Shown here piece by piece: positions 10,086 through 20,463 of a DNA stretch of 64,000 nt. This DNA is from Niveispirillum sp. (lineage in GTDB: Bacteria; Pseudomonadota; Alphaproteobacteria; Azospirillales; Azospirillaceae): contig NZ_JAGOGJ010000006.1 in assembly GCF_017996735.1 (NCBI RefSeq), positions 46,295 to 110,294 of the forward strand, given 5' to 3'. A program made the translations under genes and the position numbers. Position 1 is the stretch's first letter. Each line of letters opens with the position of its first letter. Below the pieces are notes generated by a model that was not told the DNA's origin, did no database searches, and saw only the letters and a list, made by a program, of their open reading frames with translations.

Positions 10086-11084
10086 ATGGCGGATGCGGGC
10101 ACAAAACCGGCAAAGGCGCGGCCCGGGCGGCCGCGCAAGGCCGCGGCCCCACCGCCGCCCTGGGTCGATGCCTTCCTGGACATGATGGTGGCGGAACGGG
10201 CCGCCTCGCCCAATACGCGCGATGCCTATCGCCGAGATCTGGTGGATGCGGCCCATTTCCTGGCCCAGGCCGGGCTGTCCCCGCTGGACCGGGCGTCCAG
10301 CGATGATCTGCGCGCCTACCTGGCGCATCTGTCGGCCGACCGGATCAAGGAGAAATCGGCCGTCAAGACGGTGGCCCGCCGCCTGTCCTCCCTGCGCCAA
10401 TATTACAAGTTCCTGGTATCGGAAGGACAAAGGGCGGAGGACCCGGCCAGCGTGCTGGACACGCCCAAGCAGGGCCGGTCGCTGCCCAAGATCCTGACGG
10501 AGGCGGATGTGGCCGCCCTGCTGGCAGCGGCGGCCCGGCTGGGCGCGCCGGAAGGGCGGCGGCTGAACGCCCTGCTGGAGGTGCTGTACGCCACGGGTCT
10601 GCGCGTATCGGAACTGGTGGGCCTGCCCATGAACGCGCTGGGCCGCGACGGACGCGCCCTGATCGTGCGCGGCAAGGGCGGCAAGGAACGGCTGGTGCCG
10701 CTCTCCGCCCCCGCCCGCGACGCCATCGCCGCCTATCTGCCCGACCGGCCGTTCTTCATGACCAAGGGGCGGGAGGCCAAACAGCAGGTCTTCCTGTTCC
10801 CGTCCCGCGCCACCTCCGGCGCGCTCACACGGCAACGGTTCGGGCAGTTGCTGAAGGATCTGGCCATCATGGCGGGCCTGGACCCGGCCAAGGTCAGCCC
10901 GCACGTCCTGCGCCACTGCTTCGCCACCCATCTACTGGACCATGGCGCCGATCTGCGGTCGGTGCAGAAGATGCTGGGCCATGCCGATATCGGCACCACC
11001 CAGATCTATACCCATGTGGTCAGCGAACGCCTGCGCCAGACCGTGGAACAGCATCATCCGCTGTCCGCGGCCAAGCGGCGCTGA
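10086..11084 (+). CDS. xerD: Site-specific tyrosine recombinase XerD
   Basis: LYATGLRVSEL, GKGGKERLVP, SPHVLRHCFATHLL, LGHADIGTTQIYTHV. Confidence 0.9.
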   Translation: MADAGTKPAKARPGRPRKAAAPPPPWVDAFLDMMVAERAASPNTRDAYRRDLVDAAHFLAQAGLSPLDRASSDDLRAYLAHLSADRIKEKSAVKTVARRLSSLRQYYKFLVSEGQRAEDPASVLDTPKQGRSLPKILTEADVAALLAAAARLGAPEGRRLNALLEVLYATGLRVSELVGLPMNALGRDGRALIVRGKGGKERLVPLSAPARDAIAAYLPDRPFFMTKGREAKQQVFLFPSRATSGALTRQRFGQLLKDLAIMAGLDPAKVSPHVLRHCFATHLLDHGADLRSVQKMLGHADIGTTQIYTHVVSERLRQTVEQHHPLSAAKRR

Positions 11085-11090
11085 TCCGTC

Positions 11091-13172
11091 CTATCCCCGC
11101 CCCTCGCGCCGCCAGGCCAGGACCAGCATGCCCAGGGCCAGCAGCAGCACGGGCAAGCCGGGCAGCAGCGGGGTCTGCGTCACGCCCGTGACCACATGGT
11201 CGCCATTGCCGCGCAGGCCCAGCCAGCCGGAACCGGCGGCATCGCGGTCGGGACGCACGCGGCGGATGCCGGGCACCTGTGATCCGTCACCTCCCAGCCA
11301 GTAGAAGCCGCCACCCGTGGCCTTCAGCGCCGGGGTCAGCGGTTCGGGGGTGGAGCGCACATCGGCCAGTTCCGGCGGGTTCACGGCCCCCACAACAGCA
11401 ACGGCCGATTTCTCCCCATCCGTGACGCGCCAGATGCCGGGTTCGGACGCGATCAGCGTGCCCACGGCCTGACCATTGCCCCCGTCGCGCATCTCCACCT
11501 GCTGGGCCAGATCGGCGGGAGAGGTGACGGTGAGGGGCCTTGTATCGGGTTCCAGCGACCGGCGGGTGATGGTGATGCGGCTGCCATCCACGGCGGTGCG
11601 CAGGTCGTTTTCCTCCAGCTCCGGTTCCTTCATCAGCCAGTGGGCCAGACGGCGCAGCAGTTCCGCCTGCGGTCCCCCGCCCTCAAACCCACGCGACCAG
11701 AGCCAGAAATGGTCCGACGCCAGTTGCGCCACCCGCCCCTGGCCCACCCGGTCCAGGATCAGCAGCGGGCGGCCTTCGGCACCGGACATGACCACGCTGC
11801 CCTTGTCCGCCGTCACGTCGATCTGCCGCATCCAGCGGCCCCAGGGGCCCACCCCGTCGGCGGCATCGGTCAGGCCCGCCGTCACGGGATGGCGTTTGCC
11901 CAGATCGGTCACGGTGGGCTTGAACGGTTCCTCCATCACCCGCCCCGTGGGCTCGGCCGGCAGGACAGTGCCGATGGGGGAACGGTAGAGCGACATCGGC
12001 GTGGCGAAGGTGGGGCCGCTGGCCTCCAGAAAGGCGCCGCCCTTCTCCACATACTCGGCGATATTGGCCAGGTACATGTTGTTGATGACGCCGCGTTTTT
12101 TATAGCGGTCGAAGATGATCAGGTCGAATTCCGACAGCTTCATCTCGAACAGTTCGCGGATCGGGAAGGCGATCAGCGACAGCTCACGGATGGGGGTGCC
12201 ATCATTCTTTTCCGGCGGTCGCAGGATGGTGAAATGCACCAGATCGACGGCGGGATCGGCCTTCAGCAGGTTGCGCCAGGTGCGCTCACCCGCATGCGGC
12301 TCGCCCGAGACCAGCAGCACGCGCAGCCGGTCGCGCACGCCATTGACCACCACGGCAGCCCGGTTGTTGGCCAGCGTCAGCTCGCGCCGTCCCGCCTCGG
12401 CCGTCAGTTCCACGATGTTCAGACCGCCATGGGACAGCGGCAGGGTGATCGGCACCTCCTGCCCCACAGGCACCGACATCATCATCGGGTCCTGCCCGTC
12501 CTGGCGCAGGGTGACACCGGCCAGATCATCACCTCCGCCGCCGGGCAGATCATCGACGCGGATGGTGAAGGTGATGTCCTTGCCCACGATGCCGAAGCTG
12601 GGCGCCTGCACGATGGTCAGGCGGCGGTCACCCTCATCCTTCTCCCCCGTCAGCAGGGCGTGGACGGGGCCGAAATCAGCCAGTGACGGCAGGGACGCCG
12701 CCACATCATGCACCTGCCCGTCGGTGATCAGGATGGCCCCGGCCAGGCGCCCGCGCGGCACGTCGGAAACGGCGCGGGTCATGGCCTCCATCAGGCGGGT
12801 TTCCTCCACCTCCGTGCCATCCGCGCCGCCACCGGCACGCACCACCCGCACATCCAGGTCGGAAAAGCGGGACAGTTTTTCGCGCACAGCGGATGCTGCC
12901 TTTTCGGTGCGGGCGGTACGGTCGCCGATCTTCTGACTGGGTGACTGGTCGATGACGACGACCGCCACATCCTTGATCGGCTCCCGCTTCTCCGTCACCA
13001 GCGACGGATTGGACAGGGCCAGCAGCAGGACCGTCAGCCCGGCCAGCCGCCACCAGCCGCCCCGCGCCCGGCGGTACAGCCCGTATCCCGCGATCAGCGC
13101 CGCCAGCACCGCCAGCGGCAGCAGCGCCGAAAGCGGGATCAGCGGAGCAAAGGCGATATCCTGGCCGATCAT
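11091..13172 (-). CDS. Membrane-anchored protein with vWA-like and class I glutamine-amidotransferase-like domains (MoxR cluster)
   Basis: N- and C-terminal TM helices; VIDQSPSQ and ITDGQVHD MIDAS-like motifs; last gene of the MoxR operon. Confidence 0.75.
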   Translation of the reverse strand: MIGQDIAFAPLIPLSALLPLAVLAALIAGYGLYRRARGGWWRLAGLTVLLLALSNPSLVTEKREPIKDVAVVVIDQSPSQKIGDRTARTEKAASAVREKLSRFSDLDVRVVRAGGGADGTEVEETRLMEAMTRAVSDVPRGRLAGAILITDGQVHDVAASLPSLADFGPVHALLTGEKDEGDRRLTIVQAPSFGIVGKDITFTIRVDDLPGGGGDDLAGVTLRQDGQDPMMMSVPVGQEVPITLPLSHGGLNIVELTAEAGRRELTLANNRAAVVVNGVRDRLRVLLVSGEPHAGERTWRNLLKADPAVDLVHFTILRPPEKNDGTPIRELSLIAFPIRELFEMKLSEFDLIIFDRYKKRGVINNMYLANIAEYVEKGGAFLEASGPTFATPMSLYRSPIGTVLPAEPTGRVMEEPFKPTVTDLGKRHPVTAGLTDAADGVGPWGRWMRQIDVTADKGSVVMSGAEGRPLLILDRVGQGRVAQLASDHFWLWSRGFEGGGPQAELLRRLAHWLMKEPELEENDLRTAVDGSRITITRRSLEPDTRPLTVTSPADLAQQVEMRDGGNGQAVGTLIASEPGIWRVTDGEKSAVAVVGAVNPPELADVRSTPEPLTPALKATGGGFYWLGGDGSQVPGIRRVRPDRDAAGSGWLGLRGNGDHVVTGVTQTPLLPGLPVLLLALGMLVLAWRREGRG

Positions 13173-15901
13173 TGGCCCAGCCTTTCCAGGATGGCGGGCA
13201 CATGCACCTGATCGGCCTTGTAGTTACCCGTCAGGGCATACATGACAATATTGATACCGACACGATAGGCAATTTCCCTCTGCCGTTCCGGACCCGGAAC
13301 GACGGGATAGAGGGGGCGGCCGCGTTCATCCATGGCCCAGGCGGCGGCCCAGTCGTTCGATCCGATCAGGACGGAGGACACACCGTCATTGGACGCATTA
13401 TCCTCCCGCGCCTCGGCCCACAATTCCCCCCCGCTGTAGCGGCCGGGAAAGTCGCCCAGCAGGTAGAAGGCCTTGGTCAGCACATGTTCGGCCCCGACCG
13501 GGGCCAGCGGCGGGATGTCCAGCCCGCGCAGCAGCGCCTCCAGCGCCGGGCCGCCCGGCCCGTCGCCGGCGGACGGGGTGCGCGTGTCGATCAGCACCAT
13601 GCCGCCCTGGCGCATATAGGCGTTCAGGTGGGTACGCGCCGCCTCCGACAGGCTGGTCTGCCCCTCCGTCACCGGCCAGTAGATCAGGGGGAAGAAGGAC
13701 AGGTCGTCATTCTCCAGATCCACGGGCATGGCGCCCGCCATGTCCACGGCCGTGCGGTCGGCCAGCACCCGGCCCAGCCCTTCCAACCCCGCCTTGCTGA
13801 CATTGTCCACCGCCCCGTCGCCGGTGCGCACATAGGCCAGCCAGTTCTGGGCCGTCGCCTCGATCGCGCGGGCATCGTCGGCGTGCGCATCGCCAAAGCA
13901 GAGGCCCGCCGCCAGCAGCAGCGCCAGACCGGCAGCCGTCCCCCGGCCCAGGCCTGGCAGGCGCGGCAGCAGCCCGCGCAGCGACAGCGCGATCAGCAGA
14001 TCGATCAGGCCCAGGATCAGCGCCATGGTCAGCAAGGTCGGCTTCAACTCGGTTTCGGTGCCGCCAGCGTACAACCCCTTGGGCACGCCCGCCAGCAGCG
14101 CATCGGGCGTGGTCATGGCGGGAACCGAAGGGGACAAGTTCAGGGCGCGGGGCGATTCGGCCGGCCCGTAATAGCCCGGCGGGTGGCGCGGCCCCACGGC
14201 CCCGCCCAGATCGCCTGCGGCCAGCGGAAAGGCGGTGCCCGGCGGGTCGGTCAGGTGGCCATAGCCGTCCAGGATGGCGCGCGGGGCCAGCACGCCCGCG
14301 GCCTCCCCCCCCTCCACCCCGGCGGAAAGGGCGACGACCCGGCGCAGCATGTCGACATAAAGGCCCGACAGGGCCAGATTGGACCAGTCTGGCCCGGCAC
14401 TGGTATGGACCAGCACCAGGGCGCCGCGCCCCCGCCGTTCGGCGGTGACCAGCGGCGTGCCATCGGCCAGCCTTGCCCAGGTGCGGGGCGCAAGGTCGAT
14501 GCCGGGTTCGGCCAGCACCTGCCGCTTCACCGTCACATCGGCAGGAACCGTCAGGCCGTGGAAGGGGCTGTCATCGGCAAAGGGTGCCAGTCCGGCCGGA
14601 TTGTCCCAGGACAGCGCCCCGCCCAGTGCCCGCCCGCCAGCCCGCAGGGGCACGGGGATCAGGGCATCGGCATTCTGGGCCAGACGCGGCCCGGCAAAGC
14701 GCAGCAGCACCCCGCCGCCATCAATCCAGGTCTGAAGCCGCGCGATTTCCACATCGGCCAGCGACCCGACATCGGCCAGGATCAGGACCGACAGGCTGCG
14801 GTCCAGCAACTCCCCGATCTCCCCCTTGCGCAGTTCGGCATAGGGGGCGAGCGCGCGTTCCAGGTAATAAAGGTCGGACAGAAGCGGCTGTTCACCATTG
14901 GCCCGGCCCGACACCAGGCCCACGGGCCGGCGGCGCCAGCGTTCATCGGTCAGCAGGACGCTGCCCGCGGTATCCTGGCCTTCCAGCCGCAGGGTCGCCA
15001 ACTCGTTGCGCAATTCGGTGGGAAGGTCCAGCGCCACCTCAACCCGCCCCTCTCCCGCCGCCAGCGTGGCGGTGGCGGCCCCCAGCAGGCGGCCGTCGGC
15101 CCCCTGGGCCCGCAAGGTCACGGGCAGCGGCAGACCGGTATCGGACCGTTCGACCGGCACACGCAGGCCGGTGCCTTCCAGCACGGGTTGCCGGATCAGC
15201 AGGGCCGGACGCTCCGCCCCGTCGCCCCGCACCTCCATGGCGCCCAGGCGGCGCAGAAGGGTGACCATCTCCGCCGCCGCCGGATCGGCGATGCCGGTCG
15301 GACCGGCCGTCACGACCCCATCGGTCAGCCAGACGATGTAGGGAGAGCCTTCCGGTTTGAAACTTTGCAGCGCCCTGACGGCCCCGGCCCGGTCCACGGC
15401 CCAGGGCAGCGGCGCCAGGGTCTGGGCCACCCGTTTGGCGGCACTGGCCGGCATCGGCCCCGTCAGGGCGGGCGCGTCGCCATTGGCCGATGGCGCGGTG
15501 GCCAGCAGGCTGACATGGCGCCCCTGCCGGTCGGCCTGATCAATCAGATTGTCCATGGCGGCCAGCCGCGCCGGCCAGTCCCGCGCCGCCGCCCAGCCAT
15601 TATCGACGACCAGCAGCAGCGGCCCGCCACCGGGCAAGGTGGCCGCCGGGTTCAGCAACGGGCGCGACAAGGCCAGGATGACCAGCGCCGCCAGCAGGAT
15701 ACGCAGGATCAATATCCAGAGCGGCGTTCGGTTGGGCGTCTCCTCCCGCTGCACCAGATCGGCCAGCAGGCGGATGGCGGGGAAACTGACGGTGCGCGGA
15801 TTGGGTGGCGTGACCTTCAGCAGCCAGTAGAGCAGCGGCAGCGCCACCAGCCCCAGCAGCAGCCAGGGGGCGGCAAAGGCGATGGGACCCAGGTTCAGCA
15901 T
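13169..15901 (-). CDS. BatA N-terminal / DUF4159 domain membrane protein
   Basis: BatA-like PWLLLGLVALPLLYWLLKVTPP...FPAIRLL; C-terminal FFPLIYWP, GGMVLIDTR, RVGINIVMYALTGNYKADQVH. Confidence 0.8.
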   Translation of the reverse strand: MLNLGPIAFAAPWLLLGLVALPLLYWLLKVTPPNPRTVSFPAIRLLADLVQREETPNRTPLWILILRILLAALVILALSRPLLNPAATLPGGGPLLLVVDNGWAAARDWPARLAAMDNLIDQADRQGRHVSLLATAPSANGDAPALTGPMPASAAKRVAQTLAPLPWAVDRAGAVRALQSFKPEGSPYIVWLTDGVVTAGPTGIADPAAAEMVTLLRRLGAMEVRGDGAERPALLIRQPVLEGTGLRVPVERSDTGLPLPVTLRAQGADGRLLGAATATLAAGEGRVEVALDLPTELRNELATLRLEGQDTAGSVLLTDERWRRRPVGLVSGRANGEQPLLSDLYYLERALAPYAELRKGEIGELLDRSLSVLILADVGSLADVEIARLQTWIDGGGVLLRFAGPRLAQNADALIPVPLRAGGRALGGALSWDNPAGLAPFADDSPFHGLTVPADVTVKRQVLAEPGIDLAPRTWARLADGTPLVTAERRGRGALVLVHTSAGPDWSNLALSGLYVDMLRRVVALSAGVEGGEAAGVLAPRAILDGYGHLTDPPGTAFPLAAGDLGGAVGPRHPPGYYGPAESPRALNLSPSVPAMTTPDALLAGVPKGLYAGGTETELKPTLLTMALILGLIDLLIALSLRGLLPRLPGLGRGTAAGLALLLAAGLCFGDAHADDARAIEATAQNWLAYVRTGDGAVDNVSKAGLEGLGRVLADRTAVDMAGAMPVDLENDDLSFFPLIYWPVTEGQTSLSEAARTHLNAYMRQGGMVLIDTRTPSAGDGPGGPALEALLRGLDIPPLAPVGAEHVLTKAFYLLGDFPGRYSGGELWAEAREDNASNDGVSSVLIGSNDWAAAWAMDERGRPLYPVVPGPERQREIAYRVGINIVMYALTGNYKADQVHVPAILERLGQ

Positions 15902-15905
15902 GGCC

Positions 15906-16802
15906 TCACCCCTCACCCGACAGGGTGGCCCACAGCGACAGCAGCGCTGTCTGCGGCGGCTTGTCGGTGCGGTGCAGGGTCAGGGTCCAGCCGGCGGCGC
16001 GCGCAATGGCGGCCAGCCCGTCACGCTGAGCGGCCAGCCGGTCCAGATAGGCATCGCGCACGCCATCCACACGCGGGACCAGCAGCGATCCCTCCCCCTC
16101 CAGCCCCTTGAAGCGCACGCGCCCCGCATAGGGCAAGGTCTCCTCACCCGGGTCCAGCACCTGCACCAGATGGCCGCGCGCACCGCGTGCCGACAGGGCC
16201 GCCACCGAGGCCTGGATATCGTCCAGCGGCGACAGCAGATCACCGATCAGCACGGCCTGCGCATGGCGGGGCAGTTGCACAGTGGTGGGCGGCAGGCCCG
16301 GCCCGTCATGATTGTATATCTGCCCCGTCAGCCAGTCGGCCAGACGCGGCAGGATGGAGCGGGCCGAGGACGGGGGCACATCGCTGCCCGCCAGATGCAC
16401 CCGCTCCCCCCCGCGCAGCAGCAGCGCGGACAGGGCCAGGGCCAGCAGATCGGCGCGGTCACGCTTGGTGGCCAGATCGCGGCCCGACCGCCAGTTCATG
16501 GACGGGCTGTCATCACGCCAGATCCAGACGGTCTGCGCCGCCTCCCACTCATTCTCCCGCACAAAGACATGGGAAGACTTGCCCGTCTGACGCCAGTCGA
16601 TGCGGTTATGGGCGTCGCCCTGCTGATAGCGGCGGAACTGCCAGAAGGTCTCACCCGTGCCCACGCGGCGCCGTCCATGCGCACCCTGCGCCACCGTCGC
16701 GGCGATACGCTCCGCCGCCACCAGCAGCGGCGGCAGCCGGCGGGCCAGATCCTCCGCCCGGTGCTGGGCGCGAAGGGCGGCGGGCGCGTGACGTGTGTCC
16801 AT
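15906..16802 (-). CDS. DUF58 domain protein
   Basis: GETFWQFRRYQQGD, RIDWRQTGKS, FVRENEWE; directly after MoxR. Confidence 0.9.
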   Translation of the reverse strand: MDTRHAPAALRAQHRAEDLARRLPPLLVAAERIAATVAQGAHGRRRVGTGETFWQFRRYQQGDAHNRIDWRQTGKSSHVFVRENEWEAAQTVWIWRDDSPSMNWRSGRDLATKRDRADLLALALSALLLRGGERVHLAGSDVPPSSARSILPRLADWLTGQIYNHDGPGLPPTTVQLPRHAQAVLIGDLLSPLDDIQASVAALSARGARGHLVQVLDPGEETLPYAGRVRFKGLEGEGSLLVPRVDGVRDAYLDRLAAQRDGLAAIARAAGWTLTLHRTDKPPQTALLSLWATLSGEG

Positions 16803-16807
16803 CGCGA

Positions 16808-17827
16808 TCAGGCCAGCGGGGCGCAAAGCTGGTCGATCAGAACGTCCAGCGTAATGCCATCGGCCCGCGCCGCAAAATTCAGGGCCATGCGGTGGCGCAG
16901 CACGGGCTTGGCCAGAGCCACGACATCATCCAGCGACGGGGTCAGGCGGCCATCCAGCAAGGCCCGGGCGCGGGCGGCCAGCATCAAAGCCTGGGACGCG
17001 CGGGGGCCGGGACCCCAGGCGACGTGACGGCGCACAATGTCCAGCGGGCTGCTGTCCGGCCGCGCGTTGCGTACAAGGTCCAGAATACCATCGACGACAA
17101 GGTCGCCCACCGGCACGCGGCGGACCAGGGCCTGGGCCGCCATCAGGTCCTGCGGCGTCAGCACCGCCGTCACGGTCCCGGCATCGGCCCCGGTGGTGGC
17201 GATCATCATGCGGCGTTCGCTGTCGCGGTCGGGATAATCCACATCCACCTGCAGCAGGAACCGGTCCAGCTGCGCCTCGGGCAGCGGATAGGTGCCTTCC
17301 TGTTCCAGCGGGTTCTGGGTGGCCAGCACATGGAAGGGCCGGGGCAGCGGGTGGTAATGGCCGGCCACCGACACCCGGCCTTCCTGCATGGCCTGTAAAA
17401 GCGCCGACTGGGTGCGGGGGCTGGCGCGGTTGATCTCGTCCGCCATCAGAAGCTGGGCGAAGACGGGGCCAGGGATGAAGCGGAAGGCGCGGCGGCCATC
17501 CTCACGCTCCTCCAGCACCTCCGACCCCAGGATATCGGCAGGCATCAGGTCGGGCGTACACTGGACCCGGCGGTCATCCAGGCCCATGACGGTGCCCAGC
17601 GTTTCCACCAGCCGCGTCTTGGCCAGACCGGGCACCCCGATCAGCAGCAGATGCCCGCCCGCCAGCAGGGTGACCAGCGACAGGTCGATCACCTCCTGCT
17701 GGCCAAAGATGACGCGGCCGATGGCCTGACGCGCGGCGGTCAGCTTGGTCCCCAGCGCCTCCACCTCGCGCAGCAGGGCCTGCGGGTCGCCGCCACGAAC
17801 GGCATCCGATGAATTCAGCACCATCAT
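16808..17827 (-). CDS. MoxR family AAA+ ATPase
   Basis: GVPGLAKT Walker A, LMADEINRASPRTQSALLQAMQE, ATQNPLEQEGTYPLPEAQLDRF. Confidence 0.95.
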   Translation of the reverse strand: MMVLNSSDAVRGGDPQALLREVEALGTKLTAARQAIGRVIFGQQEVIDLSLVTLLAGGHLLLIGVPGLAKTRLVETLGTVMGLDDRRVQCTPDLMPADILGSEVLEEREDGRRAFRFIPGPVFAQLLMADEINRASPRTQSALLQAMQEGRVSVAGHYHPLPRPFHVLATQNPLEQEGTYPLPEAQLDRFLLQVDVDYPDRDSERRMMIATTGADAGTVTAVLTPQDLMAAQALVRRVPVGDLVVDGILDLVRNARPDSSPLDIVRRHVAWGPGPRASQALMLAARARALLDGRLTPSLDDVVALAKPVLRHRMALNFAARADGITLDVLIDQLCAPLA

Positions 17828-17955
17828 CTTCCCTTCAACTGGGTGTCATCCGCTCAACGGTGACACGCCCTGGGTACCAGAAGCTAAGCACGACGACTAT
17901 GTTATCAATGCGGCATCCCGACCGCGACCGACAGAGCTGGATGGTTCCTGCCACG

Positions 17956-18555
17956 ATGATGGAAAGCAAGCAGAATGGGCATACCAATGCGCCGCAGGCC
18001 GATGGGGCCACCGGCGCCGATGCCGCATTGAAGGCCCTGGCCGGCAGCGGCCCCCGCGCGCCCAGTGCCGAGGACGAGGCCTATCCGATCACCATCCGCA
18101 CCGATGGCACCTGGACCTATCACGGCAGCCCCATCGGCCGGCTGCCGATGGTGAAGCTGTTTTCCACGGTGCTGCGCCGGGATGAGGGCGGCGATTACTG
18201 GCTGATCACCCCGGCGGAACGCGGCCGCATCCATGTGGAGGACGCGCCCTTCGTGGCCGTCGGCCTGTCGGTGACGGGGGAAGGGCGCGACCAGGCCCTG
18301 AGCTTCACCACCAATCTGGAGGCCGAGGTGACGGCCGGACCGGATCACCCGATCCGTGTGGTCACCGATCCCGCCACGGGCGAGCCACGCCCCTATATCC
18401 GCGTCAAAGGGCCCGCCGAGACACCATTGGAAGCGCGGATAAACCGTGCGATCTTTTATGATCTTGTCGAACGGGCGGAACCGGGGGATGCCGGGGAGAT
18501 CGGCGTCTGGAGCCGGGGGGTGTTCTTCCCCCTGGGCCGGGTGGATGGGGATTGA
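17956..18555 (+). CDS. DUF1285 domain protein (start approximate)
   Basis: IRTDGTWTYHGSPIGR, LITPAERGRIHVEDAPFVAV, RPYIRV. Confidence 0.85.
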   Translation: MMESKQNGHTNAPQADGATGADAALKALAGSGPRAPSAEDEAYPITIRTDGTWTYHGSPIGRLPMVKLFSTVLRRDEGGDYWLITPAERGRIHVEDAPFVAVGLSVTGEGRDQALSFTTNLEAEVTAGPDHPIRVVTDPATGEPRPYIRVKGPAETPLEARINRAIFYDLVERAEPGDAGEIGVWSRGVFFPLGRVDGD

Positions 18556-19191
18556 GTGACGGTGTCTGACACTGAGGTGATGGCGGCCAGCCCCCTGATG
18601 CAGGGCATCCGGGACCTGTTCGGGCGGATGGAACCGCCGGTGGGGCGGCGCGGCGACCTGGACGGCAATCCGGGGCTGGAGATGGCGCCTGTCCTGCGCG
18701 ATGCAGCCGTGCTGGTCCCCCTGATCGACCGGGTGGAGGGGCCGACCCTGTTGCTGACCCAGCGCACGGCGCATCTGGCCGCCCATGCCGGACAGGTCAG
18801 CTTTCCCGGCGGCGGGGTGGAACCGCACGATACCGACGCCATCGCCACCGCCCTGCGTGAGACGGAGGAGGAAATCGGCCTGTCACGGTCGCAGATCGAC
18901 GTGCTGGGCCGGCTGGACACCTATATCACCCGCACCGGGTTCCGGGTGGTGCCCGTGGTGGCGCGGGTGCGCCCGCCCTTCATCCTGACCCCCGATCCTT
19001 ACGAGGTGGATGCCGTTTTCGAGGTGCCGCTGTCCTTCATCCTGAACCCCGCCAGCCGGGTGCGGGAGGCGCGGGACTATAATGGCGCGCTGCGCCATTT
19101 CTGGGCTTTCCCGTATGGCGACCGCTATATCTGGGGCGCCACGGCCGGCATGCTGGTCAATCTGTGCGACGTGCTGGGGGACCTGGGATGA
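18556..19191 (+). CDS. CoA pyrophosphatase (NudL-like Nudix)
   Basis: AAVLVPL, LLTQRTAHLAAHAGQVSFPGG, ALRETEEEIGL, IWGATAGML. Confidence 0.9.
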   Translation: MTVSDTEVMAASPLMQGIRDLFGRMEPPVGRRGDLDGNPGLEMAPVLRDAAVLVPLIDRVEGPTLLLTQRTAHLAAHAGQVSFPGGGVEPHDTDAIATALRETEEEIGLSRSQIDVLGRLDTYITRTGFRVVPVVARVRPPFILTPDPYEVDAVFEVPLSFILNPASRVREARDYNGALRHFWAFPYGDRYIWGATAGMLVNLCDVLGDLG

Positions 19192-19697
19192 CATTGCGCG
19201 CAGCGCTGACCGCCTTGCTGCTGCTGACGGCCCTGCCGGCCGTGGCGCAGGAAATCATCCTGGTCCGCCATGCCGAGAAGGGCAGCGAGCCCGATCCCGG
19301 CCTGACAGCGGACGGACAGGCCCGCGCCCAGGCCCTGGCCGATCTGCTGAAATCCACCCCGCCGGTGATGGTCCTGACCAGCCCGGCCCGACGCGCCCAG
19401 GAAACGGCCGCCCCGGTGGCGGCACAGGCGGGTGTTGCGGCGGAGGTGGTGCCCATCCCGCCCGGCGATATCGCGGCCCATGTGCGGCTGGTGGCCGACA
19501 GGCTGCGGACATTGAAGGCTGGTCAGGTGGCCCTGGTCGTGGGCCATGGCAACACGGTCCCCGCCATCATCCGCGAATTGGGTGGCCCCCTGGTGCCCGA
19601 CCTGCCCGACTGCGCCTATGACCATCTGTTCCGTTGGGACGCGGCGGAAAAGACGCTGCGGGAGGAATGGTATGGGGAGGAAAGTGCGTGTGATTGA
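19188..19697 (+). CDS. Exported histidine phosphatase superfamily protein
   Basis: Signal peptide; LVRHAEK motif; VVGHGNT. Confidence 0.8.
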   Translation: MTLRAALTALLLLTALPAVAQEIILVRHAEKGSEPDPGLTADGQARAQALADLLKSTPPVMVLTSPARRAQETAAPVAAQAGVAAEVVPIPPGDIAAHVRLVADRLRTLKAGQVALVVGHGNTVPAIIRELGGPLVPDLPDCAYDHLFRWDAAEKTLREEWYGEESACD

Positions 19698-19706
19698 CGC
19701 GACGGC

Positions 19707-19744
19707 TTCCGGCGGAAGGGGGAATGTCCCCCTTTCCGCCGGAA
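19707..19744. terminator. Bidirectional hairpin between convergent genes
   Basis: TTCCGGCGGAAGGGGG / CCCCCTTTCCGCCGGAA arms with one bulge. Confidence 0.65.
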
Positions 19745-19756
19745 TGACCGACCGCG

Positions 19757-20428
19757 TCAGGCGACCACGGCCTCGGCCACGTCGAACGCCGCTTCCGTCT
19801 TCGACTTGATCTCCTCCAGCGTGACGCCGGGGGCCAGTTCGATCAGGGTCAGCGGGGCGCTGCCATGCTTATCCACCTGGAACACGCCCAGGTCGGTGAC
19901 CACCAGATCGACGACGCGGGTGCCGGTCAGCGGCAGGGAGCAGGCGTTCAGCAGCTTGGGTTCGATGGCGCCCGTCTTCTTGTCGACGGCGCAATGTTCC
20001 ATCACCACCACGACCTTCTTGACGCCGGCGACAAGGTCCATGGCCCCGCCCATGCCCTTGACCATCTTGCCGGGGATCATCCAGTTGGCCAGATCGCCAT
20101 TGGCGGCCACCTGCATGGCACCCAGCACCGACAGGTCGATATGCCCGCCACGGATCATGGCGAAGCTGTCGGCGCTGCTGAAATAGCTGCTATAGGGCAG
20201 TTCGGTGATGGTCTGCTTGCCGGCATTGATCAGGTCGGCATCCTCTTCCCCCTCGAACGGGAAGGGGCCCATGCCCAGCATGCCATTTTCCGACTGCAAG
20301 GTGACATGCATCCCCTCGGGGATGAAGTTTGCCACCAGGGTCGGGATGCCGATGCCCAGGTTCACATAGAAGCCGTCGCGCAACTCCTTGGCGGCGCGGG
20401 CGGCCATTTCCTCACGGGTCCAAGCCAT
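19757..20428 (-). CDS. scoB: 3-oxoacid CoA-transferase subunit B
   Basis: [17 protein letters not shown] (catalytic Glu), GMGGAMDLV. Confidence 0.93.
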   Translation of the reverse strand: MAWTREEMAARAAKELRDGFYVNLGIGIPTLVANFIPEGMHVTLQSENGMLGMGPFPFEGEEDADLINAGKQTITELPYSSYFSSADSFAMIRGGHIDLSVLGAMQVAANGDLANWMIPGKMVKGMGGAMDLVAGVKKVVVVMEHCAVDKKTGAIEPKLLNACSLPLTGTRVVDLVVTDLGVFQVDKHGSAPLTLIELAPGVTLEEIKSKTEAAFDVAEAVVA

Positions 20429-20463
20429 ATTGTTGGTCTCCCAAATGTTTCGTGCCCCCTCAA

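Noticed and set aside
10086-11084. Tyrosine recombinase as a phage or island integrase
   Set aside because: Motifs and aroK-linked context fit housekeeping XerD; no att repeats, tRNA or phage genes nearby
13172-16111. 979-aa + strand ORF (also 8352-10931, 6466-8346, 36162-38015 and similar)
   Set aside because: Antisense shadows of well-supported genes; expected in high-GC DNA; no recognisable motifs
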